DNA of 64,000 nt, taken from positions 36,272,001 through 36,336,000 of the forward strand of contig NC_086108.1 in assembly GCF_963921235.1 (NCBI RefSeq). The letters run 5' to 3'. The notes under the pieces were generated by a model. The model had not been told where the DNA came from. It ran no database searches and worked only from the letters and a program-made list of their open reading frames with translations. A program made the translations under genes and the position numbers. The DNA is from Mobula hypostoma (taxonomy: Eukaryota). Each line of letters opens with the position of its first letter. Position 1 is the first letter of the stretch. Positions 39,096-52,139 of this stretch are shown piece by piece.

Positions 39096-41989
39096 TCATT
39101 TGTTACTTTTGCTCTTCCTGGAAGAGCTTCTAACATTAATTGCTTGGAGAATCTTTATAAATCTGGGTGTTATTTTTGCTGATTAAATATTTCAAAAGGA
39201 AGTGGAGTTGCCATAGAGACGCCTCCCTTATTATTTGAATTCTCTTCTGTACTGTCCATGTTTACTGACAGAAAGAAAGACAAACACCTGTTTCTAATTT
39301 GAAGTCGATGAAAGTATAAATAAAAGTTAACAAATTCAAAGTTATCAGTTATCAAACTCAAAGTATGTCTAAAATTTAAAAAAATGCCCACAGTATTTGG
39401 GCTTGAAACACAATTAGGTGAAGTTATGTTTTCTTTCTCAAAATCAGGTAAATAGTATGGCCCTTCATCAGAACTTATGGTACTATTCTAGATAAAATGG
39501 AACTGAATTGAAAAAAGAGTTTTTGAGAGATTTTTAAAGAGAACTGTAGCATGTGGAGTGATGTATGGCTGTAATAGATCAAAACTGTAAAAATTTCTAA
39601 CGAGAGGATTAAGTACATGTAAGATTGTATAATTAACTTCCTGGAAGATAGTAAATAAATTGAAGGGTCCATGAATATGACTGAAGTATTAAATGCATAG
39701 CAAGAAGTTAGCTTTTCTCCCTTTACTTTATTTTTTTTATTTGAGGAACATTAAAATCTGAAAAAAATCTGACTAATAATAATATTAACAGTAATACTGG
39801 AATCATTGCCTTAGAAAATGTAGTTTACATTCAAGAATTAAAATTGGGTTTCCAACGGACATACTATATGTTAATAGCATTGGATTGATAGCTTTTGTTT
39901 CTATTTACTTTCTGACTTGTTGAGTTGCTATTGCAGTCTGATTTTTGTTACCCTACTTGGTACTTTAGATATCTCAACAGGGAAATCTGCTATACTCCTT
40001 AAATAATAAATGAAAGATTATTCTCAACTTGGAGTTCTACAGTATAATACGATATATAATTAAGTATATTGAGGTAAATAGAGGGAAACTGCTCACAGTT
40101 AAGGCAAAATTCAAAGATGGTTCAAGGACCAGAAAGCTTAAATTTACAATTTTGAGATAAAGGTCTCAAAAAGGGAATGTGAAGAAAAATGTCCTCATGA
40201 GATGGCTGCTCTGATTTTGAATTCTTTGCTTTCAGGGTTGGTGGATAACCAAATCAAATAATTATTTCAAAATGGAATCACATGGGCACTTGGTATAGAA
40301 TAATTTGCAGGGCTATACCAGGAGGTATCCTAGACTCGGTGGTCTGAATAGCTACCTTCTTTTTTTTTTACGATCCTTAGTCAATTGATTGAACATTAGA
40401 TCCTTACATTCTGTTCAATAAAGTGGTTGACCCTGTTCTGCTTGCTTTTATAAATGGGTAATCAAACTTCTAGCCAGCTTCTTGCAGTGTGCATTACAGA
40501 TTTCCTTTAGGCACAGTAAGAGCACATTCAACATGGAGTGACATGATTTAGTGGAAATACTGCTGTTCCTGCACATGAGTATTTTTACCAGTAATTTAAA
40601 TTTTCTTTTCTATTATATCATCTTCCTTGCTATTTATGCTTTACAAGGCATTGTTGAGTTTGCAGAAATCTTAGCAGCTATCCTTTGAAACTGTAAAATC
40701 ATACTGAATTTGAATTGTGATTTGGACTTTGCAAACAGTTTAACTTTAAATAAAAAATTTAGTCCATCTTGTTATCTGCAATCTATTTTGACAAGCATAA
40801 TGGCTGGTCCAGACTGTTAAACTGAAATCAGATCAATCCCCTTCTGCAGTAATATAAATTAAAAAATATTGTTGACAGAATAAAATGCACCAAAACCCCA
40901 TTCGGTCCAGTAACGACAGATGAATGTAAAGCAATATGTGAACATAAGCAAATTTATTTAATATGTGAACAAAGTTCTTAAAAGGGAGCACAATGAAGCT
41001 GAATTTGAAGATATGCATCTCCCCGGCAACAGAATTCACGCACTGCCACCTGGAAATGAGTACTCATATGTGATAATGTGTTGAGCCCTCAGAATTGTCT
41101 AGTGTTTGAAATTGATTTGTTTACCATCTCACATTTTGGTCACACTTTTCATCTCATGCAAATATTTTAAAAATATTTATGAATTGTAGATTTGCAATAA
41201 GCTACTACCTTCTAGACGATTTGCTTAATCAGAAATGACATTTTTTGAATGCTACTTTAAACCATCTGTGTGTTAAGGCAGATGCAAAAGATTTCATAGC
41301 ATTGTTCCTTGCGATTTTACTTGAACCAGAATCACAAACCCCATATTAACTATTCATCTATTGTTATTCTCCATGTTTGGAACATCGTTGTCTCCTTTTG
41401 AGGGTATAATATTAACTAATCTAGCCTTTTGAATGAGTTCTTTTTGAGCTCCAGACTGGGCTTTATCCTCAAAAAATAATGTATCACCGTATCTCAGACA
41501 ATTAACAATATTATCAGATTGAAATCTGGTACACTACTGGAGCAAAGAGGATATGCTAGGACAGGTTGTTCCATGTGGCTGTTATGGAACATCTTTAAGA
41601 GGTTTTCTGGGTAACATTTGAGCATAAACAATATTGTTACATGTACTCTCTCAGCAATAATTTCAAAATAAAGTTTTACATTGGTTTGCAGAGCCAAAGA
41701 AGAACCTTACACGACTACTTAACTTATATTGGTAGAAAAACTAAATAACCTTTGGATCCACTGTAGCCTTCCTTGATTTGATATCTGCAGCAGCTACATG
41801 GCTAGATTGCACTGGATTCCAGTGTCACCTCAGATAATCTTACCTTTTCTGTTATATCACTCATTGTTATGTAAATTAGTCACACTATAATTTTTAAAAA
41901 AAGTGTGAATTCGTGCAAGGTTAGTGAAGAGTTCTGGTTGTTAATTTCCTATCACAAAACATCTGCTTTTTCTCCAGTAGTAGAAGAAC

Positions 41990-42556
41990 AAAATAATTAG
42001 TATAAAGGAAGAAGAATGTGAAGTAATAATTATGATAAGCATTGTGGGAGAAGTAATAGTAAAGTGCTTTTAAGAGTAGATAAATCACTAGGCTGAAGGA
42101 AAATGCATCCTGTGCTCTGGAAGAAGCATGTGTAAGATACTAGTTCTGGGTCTCCGTTTCTAATCTACTTTGGTGCTTATCTGGTTTGGAGAAGTGTAAA
42201 ATTGTTAATGTGGTACCATTATTTATAAAAGGAAAAATGAATTGAGAGAAACTACAGACCCAGTTAATCCGACATTGCTATTAACCATATTTTTGGAAAA
42301 ACACATTTGAAAGAATCTGTAGTTCTTTATTTAGAAAGGTTCAGTTTAGTCATGGATGGTGTTGGATGAACAAAACTCTGGTTCAGCTGCACTTGTGAGT
42401 AGTTCTGATTGTCACACAACAGGAAAGATATGTTTAAGCTGGCGAGGACACAGACAAGATTTACAAGGATGTAGTCTGGATGGGAGGGCTTGAATTACAA
42501 GGAGAGATTGGAAAGGCTAGGTTTGTTTTCCTTGTGAATTGAGATCTAAAAGTTTA
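41990..42556 (+). mobile_element. Old degraded CR1 fragments
   Basis: Remnants such as GATAAATCAC..GG, AACTACAGACC.AGTTA and GATTTACAAGGATG...GGAGAGATTGGAAAGGCTAGG. Confidence 0.5.
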
Positions 42557-42560
42557 ATAG

Positions 42561-43391
42561 TGTTACGTACCCCATAACTGGGTTGCCAAACCAGCAGAAA
42601 TGGACCACTTAGTTGGAGTCTGGTTAATAGAAACTAATGAAGTTTTATTAAAGAAATAAGCAACACAGTATTCTAATCGTAAGGATATAAATGCAACAGG
42701 TTAGCAATGATAAAACACACATGTACACAGAACTAGGGTAATAGGAATCAACCAAGCTCCATCGCAGTCTAGGGGTAAAATGATCAGTCTCAAGTGACGC
42801 AGAGTTCAGTTCAGCTTAGTACAGTTCGCAGTAATCACTGTTGTGCCATTGGAGAGAGAGAGAGAGAATATGCAAATGTGATTCAGACAGACCTTTGATG
42901 TTCCTCGCAGTTAGCTTTCAGGCGAACCCTTTTAATGCCTTCTGTGGTCACCGACTGTGACCCCTCCATTCCGGATACGACCGTTCTTCCACGGTGAACC
43001 CAGCACCCAGGCAGGGGCGGGCACACACGCCAGGTTCCCGCCGATCGTACCTTTTCACCCTGTGCGTCTATGGTCGGTTCCTGCGATCAGACCTCCAAAC
43101 TTCCACCAACTTGTGGGGGCACACTGCTCTTCCAGGGTCTCGTTATCTTGTGATCTCGTGGTGTATCGTGCCTTAGCGAACCTGTTCTTTTTATCCCCCT
43201 GCTGGGGTATCGCCTGTCCATCAAACTTCAAACAGTTCAGGTTCAAAGCAATCGGTTTGTCAATATCTGAAATGTGTTTCTTTCTCGTTAAACTCTCTCT
43301 TCTCTCTTATTAACATTTTGAATGTTTCTCCATTGTCCCACTTATCTCTCTCATCAGTATCAATCTTCTGATAACTTGGTTTGTCGTCACA
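42561..43391 (-). mobile_element. Solo LTR (831 bp), Gypsy-type
   Basis: TGTTAC...GTCACA termini with 4-bp TSD ATAG (42557-42560, 43392-43395); AATAAA on the minus strand near 42644-42649. Confidence 0.88.
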
Positions 43392-44463
43392 ATAGAAACA
43401 GACACTTTAGCAGTACTTGAATGAACATCGGATCTGCCATCATCCAGAATGTTGTGAACCAAGAACTGTGATTTAGGGTTAGTATAGATAACTCTGGAAA
43501 TGATTGATCAAGTGTGGCCTAACTCTGTACTGTAAAGTTCTTTGTTTCTGTGATTTGTCAATTAAAGAGCACTACCCAAAAGAGAGATTTGCTCATTAAT
43601 TTATTTGCTGTAATTTCCTCCACACTTCATATAACTATTCTAGATAATTCTGTTTATCAATTGAAATACTTAACTGAAATTTAAGCACTGAGGTTCTCAA
43701 ATCAGTTGACAGTGAGGGAACACAGAACTGGAAGGTGATTTGGTGAATTGAGGGTGCCTGTCCTATCAGATGACCAGAAAGGATGGAGAACAAGGAAATC
43801 TTGACCCACAATTTCCGAACCAGCATCAAAGAAGCAGATCATCCTGTTGGGATCATGTCTTCATTGACTCTAAAGTACCAATGGAAAGACTATTGTATTT
43901 TCTTTCTCTTTTTCTCGCTGTTTGGATAAAGCAAGATGGAGAAAAAATGTAGCAGATCTCCCTGTTCTTGACTTATTTTCATTGTGTTTTCTTTTGCTGA
44001 CTGCTTAGACTTGTGCAAGGTTTTTCTGTGAGGGGAATGGTTGACATGGAAACTCATTCATTTTGTTTTAAATTAAAGCATTGACGGAGCATTGCTTAAA
44101 CATAGTAATTAAAAGTAATTTAATTGGAATAGCAGCTTATTGTGCTTTTCTAGAGCATTCATTCCTCAGTCATTTATTTAGAAACCATGAGTTTGATAAC
44201 CAATGTGGGTGTTTAAATATCTGGCTTTGAGGCTACTTTCAGTGCTGCTTGTTTTTAACAACCTCATTTTCCGTCCAATCTTTTTTAATTATCTGATTTA
44301 ATACATTCTGATCTTTTTTCTTGTTCTCTTCCCCCGGCTCCCCCACCCCAAACCCCCATATAGTTCCTCTTGCCTACCAGGAAGTTATGCCATTCAAGGA
44401 GCATACCAAATGTATCAAGTAACAGCTTGTTAATGAGGAATGCTGTCTTAGGATACCTGTTTA

Positions 44464-46036
44464 CAGGTGTCCCCCGCTTTTCGAATGTTCGCTTTACGAA
44501 ACCTCACTGTTACGAAAGACCTACATTAGTACCCTGTTTTCGCTTTCAGAAGGTGTTTTCACTGTTACGAAGAAAGGCAGCGCGCGATAAAAGGCAAGCG
44601 CGCGCCCCGAGCAGCCGCTCTCCCCCGGGTTTGGAACGGCATTGCTTAAACACGAGCCTGTGAGCAGCCGTTTGCAAGATGAGTTCTAAGGTGTCGGAAA
44701 AGCCTGAAAGAGCTCGTAAGGGTGTTACACTTAGCGTAAAACTAGACATAATTAAGCGTTTCGATCGTAGTGAACGAAGCAAGGACAAAGTGAGTTTGCC
44801 TTGTGGAAGCTGATGAAGATGATGTTGAGGAGGTTTTGGCATCCCATGACCAAGAACTGACAGATGAAGAGGAAAGGATAACAATCGAAACAGAATTCAA
44901 CTGAATGCAGAAAGTGAAGCAACTGCGTGAGATTTTCGCTGCAATGATAAAGTACTGCTTTAATTTTGAAAGGGTACGTAGGTTTAGGGGATATTTGGAG
45001 GATGTTTTGAGTCCTTACAAAGAACTGTGTGATATGAAAATGCTTGAGGCTCAGCAGTCAAGCAAGCCTTCCACGTCAGCCCCAGCAGACGACGAACCTC
45101 GACCTTCGACGTCGAGGCGGGCAGTCATAGAAGAAGATGAGCTGCCTGCCCTGTTCGACGATGAGATGACACCCCTGTGTCCCACCACCCCAACCCCCGG
45201 GCCCCGGACAGATACTGTACCGATTCGCGGAGAATGCAGGGGTAGCTGGGAGGCACACAGCACATTTTTAAGAAAAAAACTGAAATAAACATGCTAATTA
45301 ATTAAGTGCTGCCTAGCATGTAATTGTAGGCCCAGATCAGTGCCGATGCAATCGGCAATCGCCTCTGATCTGCGCCGACATTTACGTGCCGGGCAGCACC
45401 TAATTAATTAGCATGTTTATTTCGGCTTTTTTCTTAACGATGTGCTGTGTGCCTCCCGGCTACCCCTGCGTGCTTCGCGGCAATGTATCCGGTCGGCGGC
45501 CCGGAGGGTGGGGGCCACTGCACCACCCAACCTGCGACGACTCAGTCTAACACACCATCATCAGTGTGCTCGATGTCTTCCCAATTCCCGTAAGTGATAC
45601 TACACTGTACATTCATTATTTCTACTTTATATAGGCTGTGTATTTTAACGTGTTATTTGGTAGATTTGGCAGCTTCATAGTTTAAAGGTTACTGGAGAGC
45701 ACGTTTATGCCAACAGCGCTTGCATGAGATTTTCTGCCGAGAGCGCTTGCGTGAGATTTTCGCTACGGAGATCTGTGCAGGCAATTGTTGTAGAGAAGTA
45801 TTTCTACTTTATATAGGCTGTGTATTTATCATATCATTCCTGCTTTTACTATATGTTACTGTTATTTTGGGTTTTATGTGTTATTTGGCATGATTTGGTA
45901 GGTTATTTTTGGGTCTGCGAACACTCACAAAATTTTCCCATATAAATAAATGGTAATTGCTTCTTCGCTTTACGGCATTTCGGCTTACGAACCATTTCAT
46001 AGGAACGCTCTACCTTCGGATGGCGGGGGAAACCTG
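44464..46036 (+). mobile_element. Internally deleted TcMar-Tigger element with transposase remnants and an internal palindrome
   Basis: TA|CAGGTGTCCCCCGC ... GCGGGGGAAACCTG|TA; N-terminal HTH-like MSSKVSEKPERARKGVTLSVKLDIIKRFDR from about 44679 and acidic ADEDDVEEVLASHDQELTDEE. Confidence 0.9.
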
Positions 46037-46999
46037 TATTTTGTTTGGTAACAATTTATAAGAATTGACTGCAGGCTGTATGCTATGATAGATGCAAAAG
46101 TTGCAACATGAACTATCCTTCAAATTATATGTTGAGTAAGCATCTCTTTGTACTCCTAGGCTAGTTATCAATAGCTATTTTTTCTTGTATATCTGAGACA
46201 GGCTTGCTGTTTAGTTTCTTGTTAGACACACTCAGAAGAAAATAATTGTCCGTTTCAACTAAACTCAGTAAATCCCAACACCAACTGAAAAGTCAGTGTA
46301 CATATAATTAATTATAAATCTGCTGATGTCTTTCATCCTGCCTTAATTAACTTCACAGTGACAGCTTTTTCTAAAGATTCAATATGATAGACGCTGCTAA
46401 ATATATAGCCATATAATTCAGAATCTTTTACCTTTATAATGTATGAAGCAGACAAGAAAATGCTCCATGAAATCTCAAAATACACACAAAAGAAATTGTA
46501 AAGCATATGATTTGCTGCGGACTACCCTAAGTGAGGTTTTACATTAATCATTTTTAAAATTCATCAATGTGATTAATGCTGGTTGGTGTTGCACTTTGAA
46601 CATCTTGGCATATTTTTGCGGACCAGTACATGTGGCCATGGCTAGCATATTTTGCCTGATCTCACCACTGATGTTGAAGCTATATCACTTCTCAGGATTA
46701 GTGAGGCAGCAGCTATAGTAATAGTAGTTGATTGAAAATGCACAAGAAGATTACCTGATTGGAAAGTAAATGTGAGAACAGTTTCCCTACTTTGAATCAT
46801 GTCCTTAATTTGAACATGCAGTGTATATGTGCATTGTGAATAGCAATCAAAATACGAACATCTAATGAGAGCAGAGTTGTTAAGGGAAGAAAGAAAACCT
46901 CTCTGTGGAAACCTAATGACTAGAAGAAACATTGGAATTCCACTTGATATCATTCAAGATGTTCCTCTGTCATGTTTGTATAGAAGTACTTGGAGGGAT

Positions 47000-47330
47000 T
47001 TTAGAATCATAGTGTCCTAGACAGGTAAGAGCATAAAGTTAGGACCTTTGGCCCAATCAGTCTGTATCAATTATCAACCATCTATTTAAATTAATCCTGC
47101 TTTATTTTCCCCACATTCTCATCAACTTCCCTTAGCTTTTACCACTCACCTGCACTGGAGACAATTTACAGTGACCGGTTAGCCTACAAACACTACATTT
47201 TATGGATATTGGAAGAAACTAGGACACCCAAAGGAAATAAAGCAGTGGCAGGGAGTACGTGTAAACTCTGCACAGGCAGCAACCAGAACAGGAGTAAGGC
47301 AGCAGCTCTACCATCTGTGCCACTGTGCCT
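47000..47330 (-). mobile_element. Degraded V-SINE-like SINE
   Basis: GGAAGAAACTAGGACACCCAAAGGAAA...GTAAACTCTGCACAGGCAGC...GGCAGCAGCTCTACC. Confidence 0.5.
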
Positions 47331-48869
47331 AATATCAGTTGGTTGAAGTTGGGAATTGTAAAGAAGCCAAATTTAGAATGAGAACACATTTCATTCCATC
47401 AGAGAAAATGAAGGAGATAGGTTTGATTCAGCAGTGAGATGTTGGGAGAAAATATTTGTTACTAGCAGTGGAAAGCAAGTAATTATTGTGAAATTGCTAG
47501 CCAGAATTGGCCAAGTCTTGATGGAGCCCTGGTCAATGAGTGGGAGAAAAGATCAAGAAATGCAAAGTGAATTGAGAGAACACTAGGCATTACAAACATA
47601 ACTTTAAAGGCAGTGCAATGAAATATTAATGAAATACACACCTTTGGCCCCTAAAAGTCTTGAACTGCTATAGCAAAGGCTAATGAGTTCTCAAATTTCA
47701 TCAGTTCAATAAACAAATGATACAGCTCAGTGAAAAACTGTAAGGAAATTGTATCAGTGGTTATAAATTAGTCAGAACTTTCAAAGTGATGGGTAATTTG
47801 AGAAACAGTGTTAGTTAGGAAGTGTCAATGTAACTATGAGTAGAATAAAAAGAGCTTGAAAAGATGGAAGATAAATTTGGAGGTTACATGCCTGAAATAA
47901 TTAAAGAGATGTTATCAGGATCAGAGTGCTTTCGATCTGCAAAACATTCATCCATTTTAGCATTTAAGCCAAAAAGATAGGCTTTCTACTTTTGGAACCA
48001 TAATGATAGAAGAGGTATAGAGAAAATCTTCTGATGTTCGAGGCACTAATGACAAAACTAGACTGAATAGCTACTGGAGGTGTTGACAAATTGTAAATTT
48101 AATTTCTGTAGAGTATACTTAACACCTCTAATTTGTGTAATTAGTAAATGGCCCTGAGATGAGGAAGTGAACAAAATATAAACTGAAATGAGGGAAATTG
48201 TTCCTCAAACAAATGTAATCGATCCAATTCTTTTTTCGTTGTGCCCAGTGTAAATTTAGTATGCAATACAAGAAGTGAAAAGCAATACAGGAAATGAAAT
48301 GCAATTAAGAGGTTGCTAAAGTTCTGAATCACTGCATTAGCACTGTTGATTTGGATATAAAGCAACTCTCCTCACAATATATTGTATATTCCTGCTTTAA
48401 AATACCACAACTGCAGTCAACATTAACAACAACATTAAATGCGTATCCAAAGTGGCAATATTAAAGGCAGTTACGTTTAACTTTTTTTTTGATTTTATAT
48501 TTATTTTGAGCCAGTGGATTTGTTCAGTGATACTTCAACAGTGGAAGTTTGCATATGTAGAAAAGAAAATGAACTCTAAATTTTTGCTTGAAGCATAGAA
48601 CCATTTTTTTTTTACTGTGTAGCTAAAATAAGTATGTGGTTACATTTTCCAAAAAGGCCCATTCTCATTGGCTGTATATATGACAGTATTCTAATCCTAT
48701 GGTCTTATATTTTCTCATTATATAAGGGAGGCCATTTGATCCATTAATAGAACATCCTATTCCTGTTTCTTTTTTGTATGGAAAGCTAGTAAAGTAGGGG
48801 AAGGAAGGCACTGAGTGGAACAAAGTGTGGCCATTATCTTCTCTCACCTTTTTTTTGATACCTAGTTCA

Positions 48870-50432
48870 GACTAAAGTGGTGGGATCCCACTGGAGATGG
48901 AGGAAGTTGCAGAGAATTATATATTGGATGCGGAGGCTGGTGGAAGAGTTGGTGAAGATGAGAGGAACCCTATCCTTGGTAGGATAGTGGGAAGTTGGGG
49001 TGAGAGCAGGCGTATGTGAAATAGAAGAGATGCAGTTGAGGGCAACATCAATAGTGGAGGACGGGAAGCCCCTTACTTTGAAGAAGGAGATCTCTTTCAT
49101 TCTGTTTTGAAAAGCCTCATCCTGAGAGCAGATGTGGCAGAGACAGAGGAATTGAGAGAAGGGGATGGCATTTTTACAAGTAACAGGGTGGGAGACGTAT
49201 AGTTTAGGAGCTGTGAGAATCCACAGGGTTGTAATAGACATCAGTAGATAAGCTGTCTTCAAAGATAGAGACAGACAAGTTGAGAAAGCGGAGGGAAGTG
49301 TCGGAAAAGGACCAGGTAAATTTGAGGGCAGGGTGGAAGTTGGAGGCAAAGTGGATGAAGTCAACGAGTTTGCAAGGGTGCAGGAAACAGCACCAATGCA
49401 TTCATCGATGTAGTACAGGAAAAATGAGGGGATGACCACCAGTGTAGGTTTGGAACATAAACTGTTCCACATAGCTAACAAACAGGCAGACATAGCTGGG
49501 ACCCATCTGAGTGCCCATAGCTGCACCTTTTGTTTGAAGGAAGTAGGAGGAACCAAAGGAAAAATTATTAGGCGTGAGGACAAGTTCCGCTACTAAAAAT
49601 GACTTTACTATGGATGTCCAGTCCTTAACATCATCTTTTTTTTACTATGGTTGTTCTGTCCTCATATACTTCTATCCCCCACCAGGAAGGCCTCAAAGCT
49701 TTCTGTTTCTTTCTGGACACCAGACCCAACCGGTTTCCCTCTACCACCCCTATCCTCCGTCTAGCAGAACTTGTGCTCAGATTTGTCCTCCACCCTACCC
49801 TGTGCACTGTGTCTGATGCTCCCAGTGTGGTTTCCTGTATATCAGTGAGACCCGATGTAGTTTAGAAGACCGCTTCGCTGAGCACCAGAAAAAGTAGGAT
49901 CTCCCAGTGGGCACCTATTTTAATTCCACTTGCTAGTCATGTTCCTATTCCAATATGTCTATCCATGATGAGACCACACTCAGTATGGAGAAATAACACC
50001 TTATATTCCATCTGGGTAGCCCCCAACCTGATGGCATGAACACCGATCTCTCGAACTTTCAGTAATGGTCCCCTCCCCTCACTTTCACCACTCCCCATCC
50101 CCTTTTCCCCCTCTCACCTTGCCTAACCATCGTCTCCCTCTGGTGTTCCTTCCCCCTTTTCTCTCTTCCATGTCCTTCTGTCCTGTCCTGTCAGACTTTC
50201 CCTCCTCCAGCCCTGTACTTCTTTGACAATCAACTTCCCAACTTTTCACTTCATCCCTCCCCTTCAGTTTTCACCTATCATCTTGTGCTTCTCCCTCCCC
50301 CCACCTTTTAAATCTATTCACCTTTTTTTCTCCAGTCTTGCTGAAGGGTCTCACCCTGAACTGGTGACTGTACTCTTTTCCATCGATGCTGCCTGACCTG
50401 CTGAGTTCCTCCAGCATTTTGTGACTGTTGTA
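48870..50432. mobile_element. Penelope-like element remnant with internal inversion
   Basis: Minus-strand RT pieces (QTKGAAMGTQMGPSYACLF, YIDECIG, HPVTCKNAIPFSQF) at 48870-49590; plus-strand GIY-YIG remnant and terminal repeat with degenerate hammerhead (about 50333-50370). Confidence 0.85.
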
Positions 50433-50589
50433 TTGCAGTGCTGTTTCTCTATTTCCCCACAGTTTGTAATCAATGGTGAACCATGTGCATTACAAAGATC
50501 CTGCATGGTTCTCCCATCAGGACCTTGCAGGGAAAAACTGGCTCCATTCATCACACCAGAGTCATGTGCTTTGACAGGGCTGTTCACGA

Positions 50590-50865
50590 TGTCATGATAT
50601 TAAGTGTATTACAACAACAAGGAAATGAGAGATAGGTTAAATCCTGGGATAGATTTCTACATGCTTTTAGTGCCAACATAGCATGCCCACAATTTACAAG
50701 CTTAATTCTTACATCTTTGAAATATGGGTGGAAACTGGAGCATCCGGTGGAAACCCAAGTGGTCATGAGGAACATGTACAAACTCCTTACAGAGAGCAAT
50801 GGGAATGGAATCCCAATCTTACAGTTAGCACTACAAAGCATTGTGCTAACTGCTACACCACTTTA
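50590..50865 (-). mobile_element. V-SINE-like SINE
   Basis: GGAAACTGGAGCATCCGGTGGAAACCC...AACATGTACAAACTCCTTACAG; related to 38813-39095. Confidence 0.6.
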
Positions 50866-51154
50866 CTGACCATTTTGACAGTGCATTCCATTTCTTAATG
50901 ACTTCCTTAGCCTCCAGGATGATCTTTTCCCAATGAGCACTAGAGTGAAATTGGTGGTAATTCTGTGACTATGTATTTGTGCACTTCTTTGTTTGCATCA
51001 TTACTATAGATGGTGAACTCTGGAACTAGTTTATGGAAGTTCTGTTCGGCAATCATTAATTCGGTTGCTGTGTTACTGTTGCCACATTATAAACAGTCAG
51101 ATTGCATTGCAGGATGCCATTTGTAATATGCTATTGCTGATGTTGCAATTCAGA

Positions 51155-51841
51155 TGATTTGATTAGATTAGATTATGAGGGCACCCAGTTCTCTTTTATT
51201 GTTATTTAGTAATTCATGCATTAAAAAATGATACAATTTGTTCCTCCAGAATGATATCACAGAAACACAAGACAAACCAAGACTAAAAAAACCTGACAAA
51301 AACCACATAATTATAACATATAGTTACAACAGTGCAGAGCAATACCGTAATTTGATGAAGAACAGACCATGGGCACGGTAAAAAAAAAAGTCTCAAAGTC
51401 TCTCGAAAGTCATCTCATGCAGACGGTTGAAGGGAGAAACTGTCCCTGCCATGAGCTTCCAGCGCCGCAAACTTGCTGATGCAGCATCCTGGAAGCACCC
51501 GACCACAGTCCGACTCTGAGTCCGTCCGAAAACTTTGAGCCTCCGACCAGCCCTCCAACACCGAGCACCGAGCACCATCTCTGCCGAGCGCTTCGACCCC
51601 AGTTCCAGCAGCAGGTAATAGGCAAAGCTGAGGATTTGGGGCCTTCCCCTCCGGAGATTCTCGATCACACAGTACCAGCGGCAGCGAAGCAGGCATTTCA
51701 GAAGTTTCTTCAGATGTTCCTCTGTGCTTCTTCGCATCTGTCTCCATCAAATCGGGATTGTGCATGGCCCCTATTTAACAAATACGATATCATTTCGGAG
51801 CGGCCACGCGCGCTGTGTTGCGCCGCCATCTTCTCCTCCCG
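51155..51841 (-). mobile_element. Non-autonomous LINE-derived element (about 690 bp)
   Basis: CpG-rich 5' end GGGAGGAGAAGATGGCGGCG; 3' AATAAA plus (AATCT)n tail like the Rex1/Babar tail at about 29130; no recognisable RT. Confidence 0.65.
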
Positions 51842-52139
51842 TCTGTAGTTCATGCTGTAGTTCATGAAAGTTTTGTTATTAACATGCAAAATTGACAGGG
51901 AACACTTACCATGTGAAGCAAAACCACATTCACTCAGCCTCTTCCTCTAATCTGAGAATTAATATCATTGGCATATGTCGTGAAATTTGCTGTTTTGCAG
52001 CAGCAGTACTCTTCAATACACAATAAAACTGTAAGTTACAGTAAGAAGTATGTATTAAAAAATTAACCTAAATAAGTAGTGCAAAAGAGTGGGAAAAATA
52101 CTGAAGTAATGATCATGGGTTCCTTGTCCATTCAGAAAT

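Noticed and set aside
39425..39453. Recursive-splice-like motif TTTTCTTTCTCAAAATCAG|GTAAAT
   Set aside because: Interrupted pyrimidine tract and imperfect donor; expected by chance in 64 kb of AT-rich DNA.
43749..43780. GAGGGTGCC resembling the start of the CDC73 EGASARK exon
   Set aside because: No upstream AG or pyrimidine tract, and the translation diverges immediately (EGACPIR*).
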